Source: Tubulanus polymorphus (Eukaryota; Animalia; Nemertea). Taken from it: a DNA stretch of 64,000 nt. How positions within the stretch are numbered: the stretch's first letter is position 1; every line of letters starts with the position of its first letter. The notes under the pieces are model-generated. The model was not told the origin of the DNA. It worked only from the letters and a program-made list of their open reading frames with translations, and did no database searches. Location of the stretch: contig NC_134025.1 of assembly GCF_964204645.1 (NCBI RefSeq), positions 992,001-1,056,000 of the forward strand, read 5' to 3'. Positions 13,289 to 24,555 of the stretch are shown in pieces. The position numbers and the translations under genes were made by a program.

Positions 13289-15535
13289 ACTCTGACAACC
13301 TGCGAATGTAATTTAGTATATAAACCAATGTACTACGCACACAACGCGCGCGGATCAATGGTTTGTACACGACTGTATGGCCGCGTATAAGATGATTTTT
13401 ACTCAAAGTTGTTGTTTTTCTGTCCATCAAGATATATGTAATTTCAGAAATTAGATTTACGAGTAACATTTCATAGGTATTATGATATTTTTGTAACACG
13501 TCCTGTAACGATGATGGCGGATACATGGCGTCGGTGTGAAAAGGTCAAATTCCCATGGCGATGTTTGTGTGTGTACGTGACGCGGTCCAGGAGCGGCTAA
13601 ACCGTATCTATCTAGCACACTACGAGTTATTGATAATTTCTCGGTAATTAGTAATGAATGGCATTGAGGAAGGGCAGTCAGTGTGCTGCGCCGTGCTCCG
13701 GGGGTACTTCACCCAATGAGTCCTGTAGCCTGAGACAGTAGTGTCGCCAAGTGATCTCCGTCGCTCTACGATCCTACTGTAACCACAAGGTTCTTGGAGA
13801 AGGTATCTCCTACACCTCTCGACCTTCACCTGGTTTCATAGAACCACGAACCTTCTAGTGCCTTTATTTCCGAGATAGAAAATTGCGGTTTTCAGGGTTT
13901 TTTAATTATTTCACGAGCAAGTGGTTCTTCATGCCGGTCCAACACAGAGGGGGGGGGGTGGCGCCGATCGAGGTTCTGAGAGTTCACCAATAACCTGTGA
14001 ATTTAGTTCACTTTTCCAATGCCTAGGGTTCATCATGATTATGTTGTTGGCATTTTTTAATTTTCTCGGATTTTACGTGACTATTTTAAGGTTTGCCTAT
14101 TTCCTGTCTCTCCGGCCTCGGCACGTTTATTATTGGATTACGGAGAATTGATAACTCAGTTATCAGAATATATGCACTCGTAACCGTTAGCGGTATTACA
14201 GTATCACTAGTGCGTATATAGTTTTTTTACGTCTGTCTCCTACTTCGTGTCACTAACCGCTGGATAACGCCATAATCATATCCATTATTGGTATGAACAA
14301 CCAGGCCACGTGTCAACATGCGAGCTGTATATACTCGGTGTACACAAACAAGTTCACTTTAATCTTTACATACTCTTTTTATTTTATGACGTTAGTTTAA
14401 AGGCTTTATGAAGAATGTATACAATATTTGGCAGACAATCCATGTTTTTTTCATAGTCATGATTGAAAATAGGTTCGAACTTTAGGACCTAGGATCCGGT
14501 TTCATACAGTTCTACTGTTGTTTGACTATGGTTTGTGAACTGTGGACCCGGATCCCGGGTTTATTGTTTAGAAGTCGACTCTGTATTACAATCATTTGGA
14601 AAATACTTCAATTCAGTGGGTAAATGTAACCCGGAACTCAGGGGTTCCGATTTGTCGAACTGGGTCTAGGACTGTAGAATATGGCTCTTGAATAGTATAA
14701 CTGGTTCCTAGTGTATTGTGTATCCCCGTGATATGACAATCACGTCCTCTTTATTAACATGTCTCATCATATTTCATGCTCTGAATAGATGATTTCATCG
14801 TAACAGATGTGTCGCATTGCCGAGTACACTATACATTAAAATACACTGGATCCAATGTCGGGAAAGCGACGAAACAATCTATGCAGTAAATTCCGCCTAA
14901 CTAGGTTGACACTGTCACTGTAGGGAGTTTTATATTATCTCTGACTCTACGCGAACTTGATGGCTTCGAAAAGCCCCACAAATCGTGTAGATTGCTTGCT
15001 TTACCTGAAAGTGAGCCGCTCAAAAGTCACCTGACTCAGAAACCAGCAAATTTCCACGCGTATAATATATCTTACATCGATGTATTTTTTTAGTTTTTAC
15101 AAGTATACGTGAAAATTTATCAGTTGTGATTTCGCGCACCTGCCACATACTTTCATATCGCCATCAACACGCGTTAAACTGATTCGTATTGACGATGATA
15201 ACATTGAACGAGAGGTAATTCAACCTGATTAATCTACGTATCCTGGGCATCTCATTCAGAGTCCATAATCTCAACGAGAATCTTTTTGTGTTCTAATTTT
15301 GCTATTTTAAAACTAGCCTCGAATATCGCTGGGACGACAACACCGCAAATCCGCGATTTTCTGCCGAATGGCGACCATAAACGTCGGACCAGGCCCATCC
15401 GTGGGTCAAGTTCTTCGCCTGTGAAAATGTGTAATCAACTCACCTCACATGCCGCAGCATCGTTTTGGTAACGAGTGAGACTGCACTCTCTAATTAGGCC
15501 AAATTTGAATCGGGCGCCTTATGTCGACTAGTTCT

Positions 15536-15590
15536 ACTGCGGCCTAGTGGTTGACGTACACGGCTGCCATGCTAGGGGTCCCTGTTCAGG
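15536..15590 (+). repeat. Degenerate tRNA-like (SINE head) sequence
   Basis: GGCCTAGTGGTT A-box and decayed GTTC B-box; resembles 57949-58015. Confidence 0.35.
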
Positions 15591-16027
15591 TAGATTTTTG
15601 GAACAAGGGACGGTGATGTCTGGTCAAGTCCAAACCGACTGAGGGGAACTTATCGTGTAAGGTGGGACTCGACGTACATGTACTAAAAATGCAGTTACAC
15701 CTTTCCAATATGCAGTCATTCTAATAGTGTACAACTTCCCACTGGTTATTTTCCCCCACGCTTGATATTTTCAGTCATTAAACTTTTTCTTTATTAATGT
15801 TGCAAAATATGTATGTCAAACATTATTGAAAAATCATTATTATTGTTACAGCATGAATATTGGAAACGCCATTCTTGTGATTGGGTGTATTTTCAGCGGC
15901 TCGTTCCTGGTCTTGTTCCAGCGTTATAAAATACAGTATTTTGACATTCAAAATATAACATACGCACTTTTTTCGCAAACTGATTTATTTCATGTTATCA
16001 ATCTATATATCATTATAATTATTATCA

Positions 16028-19000
16028 TTAGCGCAAACATTGGTTTAAAAGGATGGCATTTTGGCCTTTTAGGTAACAGGATATATCGTTCACTTTAACA
16101 AAACATGTCTTTAGTTGTATTCCCGACGAGCGCCTGCTATTGTTACAGTCTGTATGAAGATGATACTGTTTGTCCACATCAGAATTATCCTTGACTTCCT
16201 TCTCTTCTACTTTAGGACGTTTTACTGATTGCATAGAATCCTTATCGCTATCGGGAACACTTCCTTTCCGTTTGTTATTCAAACGATTACGCTTTTCTTG
16301 TTCGACTAAAGTTTTCAGTTTTAAAACGGACGAATTTTTTACTAAAAATGAATTTCGCTTTGAGATAGATGAGGTATGTTTGGGTTTAGTGTTTATGATG
16401 TCATCAGATCCAAGAGGTTCTGGTGATAGTTTTGGGGGTGACTTGTCAACATTGTCTCTATCACTGCTCAAACTCTTCTCAATTCGTTTCAATATGGGCA
16501 TGACGTCACTGCCCCGATAACTGCGCTGATCAGTGCTGACGCGTAAAGCACCCAATGCCGCCATTGCTTCATTCTTGGAAATCGTCGGACATTCTAAACA
16601 GGCGCCTGAATGATCGATTATTATTTGTGGCACGGCGTCTTGTTGATTATCGGAACCGTCAGTAATATCGCGTTCTTCCACGTCTTGCACATGTTTTTCT
16701 ATTTTCTCAGATTCACCACTATCCGTTCTGGTTGAAGGATATTCTTCATGTCCTACACCACTGTCCTCACTTCCATCGCGGCTTCGTCTCTTACGGGTGC
16801 CAGATGTTGAATCTAATTCTACTGGTTTTGCGATATCACCGATCAGACTTGTCATCTTTCGTTTGGTTACAGAACCAAACATACCCATTGATAAAGGTAC
16901 AGCTGGTGTTTTAGATTTTTTTGTTATCTTGGGAGGACTTTGTTTCGTAGTTTTTGTTGACGGGTTCTGACGTATTTGTTTTTTTAGTTTCGTCCACGAC
17001 ATTGCCGTCATACCTTTCCCTAGCACGTCAGACCACGTACGAACAGCCGCCACTGGTTTCGGTTTAATCGCAACAAACTTCGACGTCTTATCTTTCGTTT
17101 TTGAGATATTTGACCACATTTTCAGTTTATCGTTGATCATTTCCCGATCCGCTTTAGAGAGCGTTGATTTTGCCGGAGAAATGCTCGGATTGGACTTTGA
17201 CTGCGCGATAGGACTAGACACTTTCTGTTTAACGCTCAAGTCAACAGGAATCAGTTGTGAGGTGATTTTTCCCTCAACTTGAATCTGTTCTGCTGACACA
17301 TTTTTCTCTGCAGAAATGTCTAATGTAGGCGAACGAGAAATGTCGTTATCTGTTTGAGTTGCCGATAGGCGCTGAACGTCAGAAAAATCTGTCACAACCA
17401 CTGAAATGTTTTCACCTTTTTGCACCGCTGACGTATTTTTGTCGTCTGAGATTGTGTGAACCGTTGTATTTGCCGAAACGTTTACTACTGGGTCGGTCTT
17501 ACTGGCTTCTTTCATTTTGTCAACCGCTACTGGCTCAATGTTTACTTGTTCAGCCGGGGAATCAGTAACTGGAGCAATCGCGGTATCTGATGTTATACAC
17601 TGGCTACTTTTAACTGAATCAATAGCTGGAGCATTCGCGGTATCTGATGTTAAATACTGGCTACTTTTAACTGAATCAATAGCTGGAGCATTCGCGGTAT
17701 CTGATGTTATACACTGACTACTTTTAACTGACTCAATAGCTGGAGCAATCGCGGTATCTGATGTTATATACTGGCTACTTTTAACTGAATCAATAGCTGG
17801 AGCAATCGCGGTATCTGATGTTATACACTGGTTACTTTTAACTGACTCAATAGCTGGAGCAATCGCGGTATCTGATGTTATAAACTGGCTACTTTTAACT
17901 GAATCAATAGCTGGAGCAATCGCGGTATCTGATGTTATACACTGGTTACTTTTAACTGACTCAATAGCTGCAGCAATCGCAGTATCTGAAGTAATACGCT
18001 GACTAGTAACTGTAGGAACAGTAGTATCTGAAGTTAATGCTTCGTTACTCGGTAATTCGCCCGTCTCATCCTGTATGGTATCCTTAGCTTCTACCTTATT
18101 CCGTAGTTGGTCGATTATTGAAGAAAGTCTGCTATTTTTAGATTTAGTTTGATGAGATTTCTTGGAGTTTAATATAGTTACGGTTGTCTGATTTCGTTTG
18201 ATCTCCGATGCGGTTTTTTGGTTCGACTCGACTGTCGTTCCAGTGGAAGGTTTCCCAGGGAAGATGATTCCTGTAGATTTACTGTCCCCTGAATCATTCC
18301 ACATTGCCTCTGCATCCTTTTGGCTGAATACGCTTTGTATCTTTAAAGAATGTTGATTTTCCGCTGTAGAATCCATTTTAGTAGCCGAATCGTGTAGACT
18401 TTCCGTTTTAGAAGCCGGATCGTGTCGACTTTGCGTTTTAGGAGCCGGATCGTGTCGGCTTTCCGTTTTAGAAGCCGGACCCTGTCGACTTTCCGTTTTA
18501 GGAGCCGGACCCTGTCGACTTTGCGTTTTAGGAGCCGGATCGTGTCGACTTTGCGTTTTAGAAGCCGGATCGTGTCGGCTTTCCGTTTTAGAAGCCGGAT
18601 CGTGTCGACTTTGCGTTTTAGAAGCCGGATCGTGTCGACTTGCCGATACGGCGGTTGTCTTACGATAACCACAGTTATTCTGAACGTCAAGGACAGCCGC
18701 TTCTCTCGGTTTACTCAGGGCTGGACTATCATTAACGCCTACATTAAATTTCATTATATCATCAGATGCGCGCGCAGCGACCAAGTCAAGAAACATAGCG
18801 CCATCTATATGATCGAACTGTGAAATCCGTTCGAGCATAGCAACCAATGGTTTCCTTTGACGTAAAGTATGTTTAGCGCCCGGAGAACAAATCTCAGGGA
18901 TTAACAGTGACGATATACTACATTCAATAGGAGTTTTCGGAATTTGGTTATCGGGCTTGACGCTAGGGGGCGGTAACGGTAAACTAAGATTACTGTTACG

Positions 19001-19363
19001 TTCACTAGATTTCGACGTTGTGATGCTATTATCAGTTATTTTCCCGCGGGGTGAAGGCCATTTCTTTGGTAGTATAAGTTTCTCTTTGGTTTTAGCCACT
19101 GGGTCTGGTGGTTTAGTTGGTGGAGATGATTTTCGGGACACCTTTCTTTGATCTTGTTCAGTTGACGTCGATGATCTGGGTATCGGTAACTTGTCTCCAG
19201 TCTGATACGGCTGCGGATAGTTCCGGTTACTCGTGAGAACAGTGGCTCCGACTGGCGGTGACACATTAATCGGAACCGGAACCAAGAAGTTCCCCGGTAC
19301 CCCGTTCACAATTGCTGATACGGCTTGATACAGTTGTTGTTGCTGGTTTTTCGGGGCACTCAT
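16028..19363 (-). CDS. 1111-aa disordered protein with internal tandem repeats and a PVDLS motif; single coding exon
   Basis: 3.3-kb ORF; ATG 3 nt after a ttttgtag acceptor; possible 5'UTR donor near 20233. P/S/T/K-rich with NLS-like clusters. Confidence 0.8.
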   Translation of the reverse strand: MSAPKNQQQQLYQAVSAIVNGVPGNFLVPVPINVSPPVGATVLTSNRNYPQPYQTGDKLPIPRSSTSTEQDQRKVSRKSSPPTKPPDPVAKTKEKLILPKKWPSPRGKITDNSITTSKSSERNSNLSLPLPPPSVKPDNQIPKTPIECSISSLLIPEICSPGAKHTLRQRKPLVAMLERISQFDHIDGAMFLDLVAARASDDIMKFNVGVNDSPALSKPREAAVLDVQNNCGYRKTTAVSASRHDPASKTQSRHDPASKTESRHDPASKTQSRHDPAPKTQSRQGPAPKTESRQGPASKTESRHDPAPKTQSRHDPASKTESLHDSATKMDSTAENQHSLKIQSVFSQKDAEAMWNDSGDSKSTGIIFPGKPSTGTTVESNQKTASEIKRNQTTVTILNSKKSHQTKSKNSRLSSIIDQLRNKVEAKDTIQDETGELPSNEALTSDTTVPTVTSQRITSDTAIAAAIESVKSNQCITSDTAIAPAIDSVKSSQFITSDTAIAPAIESVKSNQCITSDTAIAPAIDSVKSSQYITSDTAIAPAIESVKSSQCITSDTANAPAIDSVKSSQYLTSDTANAPAIDSVKSSQCITSDTAIAPVTDSPAEQVNIEPVAVDKMKEASKTDPVVNVSANTTVHTISDDKNTSAVQKGENISVVVTDFSDVQRLSATQTDNDISRSPTLDISAEKNVSAEQIQVEGKITSQLIPVDLSVKQKVSSPIAQSKSNPSISPAKSTLSKADREMINDKLKMWSNISKTKDKTSKFVAIKPKPVAAVRTWSDVLGKGMTAMSWTKLKKQIRQNPSTKTTKQSPPKITKKSKTPAVPLSMGMFGSVTKRKMTSLIGDIAKPVELDSTSGTRKRRSRDGSEDSGVGHEEYPSTRTDSGESEKIEKHVQDVEERDITDGSDNQQDAVPQIIIDHSGACLECPTISKNEAMAALGALRVSTDQRSYRGSDVMPILKRIEKSLSSDRDNVDKSPPKLSPEPLGSDDIINTKPKHTSSISKRNSFLVKNSSVLKLKTLVEQEKRNRLNNKRKGSVPDSDKDSMQSVKRPKVEEKEVKDNSDVDKQYHLHTDCNNSRRSSGIQLKTCFVKVNDISCYLKGQNAILLNQCLR
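17573..18000 (-). repeat. 57-bp coding tandem repeat (19 aa, ITSDTAIAPAIxSVKSSQx), about 7 copies
   Basis: CGGTATCTGATG recurs every 57 bp and the frame is preserved. Confidence 0.95.
18375..18641 (-). repeat. 30-bp coding tandem repeat (10 aa, SRHDPASKTQ), about 8-9 copies
   Basis: Visible in both DNA and translation. Confidence 0.95.
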
Positions 19364-20369
19364 GATCTACAAAATACCACAGAAAAAAATGAAAGCATTG
19401 TATAAAATGAAATCCTACATGAACTGAAGTGCAAACAAGCTTTGCACGTAAATTGATATATTTAGATAATAGGACATGTGCGCAGTGGATTAACCGCGTA
19501 TGTAGATTCAAATCGACAGCTACATCTATTGCAAATTGATTAGCTATCAGACTCTAACCTTTACAGCGTGCAACATGTGCCACGAAGGGGACAATATCGG
19601 TGGACAAACACCGTAAGCCAATGGACGACCTTTTGTAGTCTTCTATCAAACGTCAACGGTAAGACCTGCTGGTCAATGGGAACGACGTCACGAGCAAGGC
19701 CTGATCGAGTCATAAATAACAGTTTGGATAAATGCTTAATTCGTACACGTCATTTTAAATAGTTCGGTGCCATTGATTTGGAAAGGTGCCAAGATTCATG
19801 ATTAGCCAATCAACAAAGAATCAGTGTACAGAATGTTGAACCCGATTATAAAATAACGTGAACTACAATAAAACGTGACTGTGAATTATGAAATAGTTTC
19901 TAACCTCATATACGCATTATTGAAGTATTCTATTTCCAAAAATATGAATAATTGTCCTTAAACTAGGACTTAAATATTGATTAGAAAAAATCATGGACCC
20001 TAAAAGTGAGTTCGAAGTTTTAATCATTAAACTAGTTTACATAATGCTTGGAGGATTACTCCAAGCATAATGCCAGTCAACTTCACAAAGGTCCTCTTCT
20101 TCTCTCCTTTTCTCTGTATAGAGTTATGAACCACCCTTTTCTCAGAGATCCCTCGCCTTTATACCCTATAACAACATGTTTATTAACGTGTAGCCTTAAC
20201 ATATATGAAATAAATATAGTGATTTGATTTTACCTCTGTCCGTCGTGCGGTGTTGGTTGTATATAAGTGTTTTCTGCTAAGTGAAATCCTTGAATGATAA
20301 AATGCTTTTAGAGCTGACGTACGTTCTATTCTAGAGTTTAGCGTCGCCCAAACATCTGTCTAGGTCGAT

Positions 20370-20520
20370 ATACACGTGACTGTTGCTACTAACGTGTCGA
20401 CGTAAACGCGCTATACGATTGGCTAAATTGTGAACCAATCGCGTACGGGCGATGAGTCGTATTGTTTTTGATCGTGTTAGTATTTGCCGGATCCTGAGGC
20501 TCAAACACTTCCGGAAAATT
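20370..20520. promoter_or_regulatory. Probable promoter of the 1111-aa gene, possibly bidirectional
   Basis: E-box CACGTG, opposed CCAAT boxes (GATTGG, CCAATC) and ETS-like ACTTCCGGAA, just upstream of a putative first exon. Confidence 0.45.
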
Positions 20521-20599
20521 ACACCGTCGAATTCAAATAGTCAAAAATCAGGAGACTTAAAAGAAATAGATGAGCGCGACACTTTTGCTAGAATACCAC

Positions 20600-23500
20600 A
20601 CCCATCTCTATATCCCGATGACAGCCGATGACCCCAGGCTGTAAATCTCTTTATGAACTCTTAACCTGAGTATATTTAGTTATAGTCATATATATATATA
20701 TATCTGTAGTGTATATCTACGGTTATAATATCGAATCAGTACTGTACCAGTCAATGTCAGGTGATCAGTCGTTTTATTGATTCATATATACACACGCGTA
20801 TTATAATATGCATGGATTTGTTGAGAGGATTTTTCAACTGATTCATTAATTCCAAGTACTGCATTTAAACGAGCTGAATAGGAATCAATGCTTGGAATCT
20901 ACCGCTTTCGGTTTTACCGTCAAAAATCACCAAATCACCTGAAAGCTTTCTACTTTGCACATATCTATTCAACCTTCAAAGTACTATTTGTCTTTAAGCT
21001 TATCCATACCAAATGTTGTATACATCTTTTGGATGAAATATGAGGAATACTTCGCGATATGACTAAGGGTGATATGCCCTGGGGTATCGGCGGAGTATGT
21101 CAAATACTAGACCCGCTAGTCAATCTCGAGGGCGGCCATTTTAGATTTATTTGATCAATGGTGGATTACGTGGCGTTATATTGACATTCTCGGCTGTGTA
21201 CGTAGTTATGTACCGGTTATACGAATCAGTTTAGAACGAATCGACATGATTTCCGCTATAGTCTGCCTGACGGTATTCCAGATATTTGCAGAGGTCTACT
21301 GGCATGCACGCAATAGAGCGCCTACACACACTACCCATATTACGGTGCGGTTTTATAAACGCAACAGGATTGCACACCTAGTTACCATGGTTACAATGGT
21401 TGACGTCATAATGTACATACGGGTAACTCGGATGACGGCACCACGGGCGGTTAAAAAAAATCGGCGACGATTTATTCAACCGACTGCGCCGGAAATTCAA
21501 TCACCTACTTTCAGGTTTATTCTGCTGAAACGAGCTAGAGTGGAGAAAAAAGACGAATTGCTTGGGCGTGTGTCTAGGAGTTTAAAAGGGGATGAGAAGA
21601 AGGTAGCTAAGCGACCAACGGCGTTCGTGGACAGCGAAAACAAGAATGGGAAAAACTCATTTCTATCAACTTGTTTGTTTTTCAGGGAACGGCGATTTCC
21701 CGGAAGGGTAGTCCACTAAAAAGGTCGAACCTCACAAACATTCCTGGCTGAGACGTCCCCCGATAGGACACCAGCTGGCACCGAAAAAAACTGTTTGAAG
21801 CAGGAAGAAACGAAGATACTTATTGAACGTGAGATAATTACCCTGTATGACTTCACCAAAAAAACCTGTGTCTGGATGTTTGGGTTGGTTACACTAGAGG
21901 CAGGAGGACATCAGTTTGGATAAAACCACTTCCAGGTTGAAGTAGACCTGAGTGAACCAGGCGGATAGGAGACAGGATCAATGATCCATGACCCAAATCC
22001 CAACAGCTGTTCGATCGAGGCTCAAGAGTTACGGGATATCTTTAATAGAGAAAATAGGCTAACTAACAATTACATCCAACAAGCGATCAATAGAATAAAC
22101 CGCCAGTAAAAAGCATGAATAACAAAATACTCTCGTGTCAGAAAACGTGGCTGATACCATTCACCTTGACCTTTATGCAGATCTAATCATAATGCAAATC
22201 CATTAATCTATATACATGTACAAACAATACATACCATTTGAAAACCTGTTTCAGCTAGTGGACATCGACCACAGCACGCGGTCCTCTCCAATCAACAACT
22301 AGCATCGAGTGATACTGGACGTGACCGGCACGTACTGAAACGCACCAATCCGCGCCTACCTGCGTGTCACGTGACGTGTATTGTTTTGCGCTCGGGCCGC
22401 CGACTAGCACACGTGACGGGCCCTTATCGTCCACAGTTGCCATGGGAATACGTGTCGATTTGAAACAGGTGTTCCAGCGGCTGTTCATATACGACATCGC
22501 TCTTCAGATGATAATGTTGAAAAGTATGAAAATAGATCGTGGATGATGTATGATGTATGAACTAGAGTCATCGGCGAATAGATAACTATCATTGATGAAA
22601 CATTCTGTTCATGGCGGTCATTAAAAACGAGTCCGACGTGGTGGTCTCGAAAATTCATGGTGAAATTTATTTCACCTCCACTTCCAAGTTCCAAATCTAA
22701 AATATAAATCGTTTTAGTGTTCATCTTCCAACCAAGCACGTATATATAAACTATAGTTTATATACGTCCATGTTCCAACCGAAGCATGTCGGAATACTAT
22801 GATGAGATTGTCAATCTCTGAATCGTGAGATTCATGAGCTACAGAATATCATTCTCAAGCCTCAATTCGTTCCCTAGAGTTCTGTAGTGCGCTTGTGTGA
22901 GCCTCGATGGCTAACATCAAACGTTTATCCCTACAACGTTCCCCGAGTGTCCCAAAGTTCTTCATTGAAATAGAATAGTTGAAAAGCTCGTTCTTTCCCG
23001 ATTAAACGAATTATATATCTTTATATGCTACTATTGCGCGCATTGATTTGAATAATTCTAAAATAAAAACTATTATCTTAGGTTTCCTGACATCCGATTA
23101 GTCTGCCTTAATCAATAACTTCGTTTTCTAATTCATGCGTCAACGGTAACTAATTATTTCTCTGCACCCCATAGCATTTAATATACGATGTGTTTTTCGC
23201 TAAACCAATTGTTAATGGTATAAAAGTGTTATCCTAACAGTTACGAGGTTTCTCCCACGACAAACTTTTATATAATTAACTGTAGGCTTATCAATTTATA
23301 CGGTCGTTGAATTCTGTTGTTTTTTGTCTTTCTGATTGAATCGAAGGCACATCTAAAATGCGTTTTCATTGGAATCAAATCTGTACCTGATGCTCAGATA
23401 CCAGGTAACATTATTCGTCTGTCATTCAGAGCCTGAAGGCTATGGAATCTACCGTAAAACATGTTCTTAAATATCCTTTGGAACTGAGAACAACGCATTG

Positions 23501-24300
23501 AGTGGCAACCGCCAGCTTTTGAAATCTGAAATTCAATTCTATCAATTTCTAACTCGGTTTCATCTCTAGCGATGGAACCCTAGCGCGATGCCTCAGGCGC
23601 GCTTACCATCGTAAACCTGATATAAATATATATGCTGAATTCATCAGAAAAACATCTGGAACCCGATTCAGGATAACATCCGGGAATTATCACTCTCATC
23701 TGCTTGTGAATATCGATCCGAATTTAAATATTGTTCACGACAAAAAACGATTGTAAGACACAAAACTTAGATGTAAATCAAAATCGGAACAAAATCTGAA
23801 AACCATGACACGCATCGTGGTAGGTTAGAGAAGGGCTTTGTAATGTTTAAAATATGAGGATATGAAAATATAGGCTAATAATGTTATGACTAATAAACAT
23901 GAAAAAAAGCCACCGAAAAATGAACAATGACAACAAAGTGACGTTCAAATTATCTGTACTTCAAAGGAAAAAAGACTTGGATTATCAAAACAGAATAAGG
24001 CTAGATATATATCCTATTCGGTGCTCTGGTGGCTCAGCCCTTTTGTTTTTATCTTTTCTCAGCTCGCTTCCAAATAAGGGCTTTGTTTATATACTAATAT
24101 ATATGAGTCACAAAGCGATTTAGAGTCAGTGAACAAAGTTAGGGGTTCTGTGTACTAGAGGACAATGGGAGGGCACGTGTCAGGCGTCACATGCCTACAC
24201 ACGTCTCTCAATCGGGGTTCCGTCTACTTTCATCATCTCCCGGCTCCCCACCACCCAACTTCGCCAACCAGTTTGTCACAAACAAATACCTAGCGACTAA
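20600..24300 (+). ncRNA. Candidate long structured ncRNA region B (possibly interrupted at about 21.4-22.8 kb)
   Basis: Hairpins with + strand G-U pairs at 21047-21098, 23462-23492, 23569-23612 and 24169-24209; no credible ORF. Confidence 0.3.
22733..22772. mobile_element. 40-bp palindromic mini-insertion with 7-bp TSD
   Basis: CA...TG ends, core ACGTATATATAAACTATAGTTTATATACGT, flanked by the direct repeat TTCCAAC (22726-22732 and 22773-22779). Confidence 0.7.
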
Positions 24301-24483
24301 AGCTAATCTCGGTAATTTACGTTTCCATACAATCACCGGAATCGCTGTTACTGCGGGCCGTGAAAATAAGAATAGTTACTGTAACTGCCATGAAAAAATT
24401 GCGGCGGTCTTCAAATCTAAAAAAATGAAATCTTCACAAACATACATGGCAAAGAGGCAACTGGAAGCCGCAACAAAATATGC

Positions 24484-24555
24484 AGGTCCTACCGAGATTC
24501 GAACTCGGGCTACTGGATTCAAAGTCCAATGTGCTAACCACTACACCATAGGACC
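24484..24555 (-). tRNA. tRNA-Gln(TTG)
   Basis: GGTCCTATGGTGTAGTGGTTAGCACATTGGACTTTGAATCCAGTAGCCCGAGTTCGAATCTCGGTAGGACCT gives a full cloverleaf; TTTT a few nt downstream. Confidence 0.95.

Larger units (their letters stand above)
7150..14250 (+). ncRNA. Candidate long structured ncRNA region A (extent uncertain; may be several RNAs)
   Basis: No credible ORF. Many nested 7-13 bp helices with G-U pairs valid only on + (see findings). Found by eye, no folding statistics. Confidence 0.35.
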
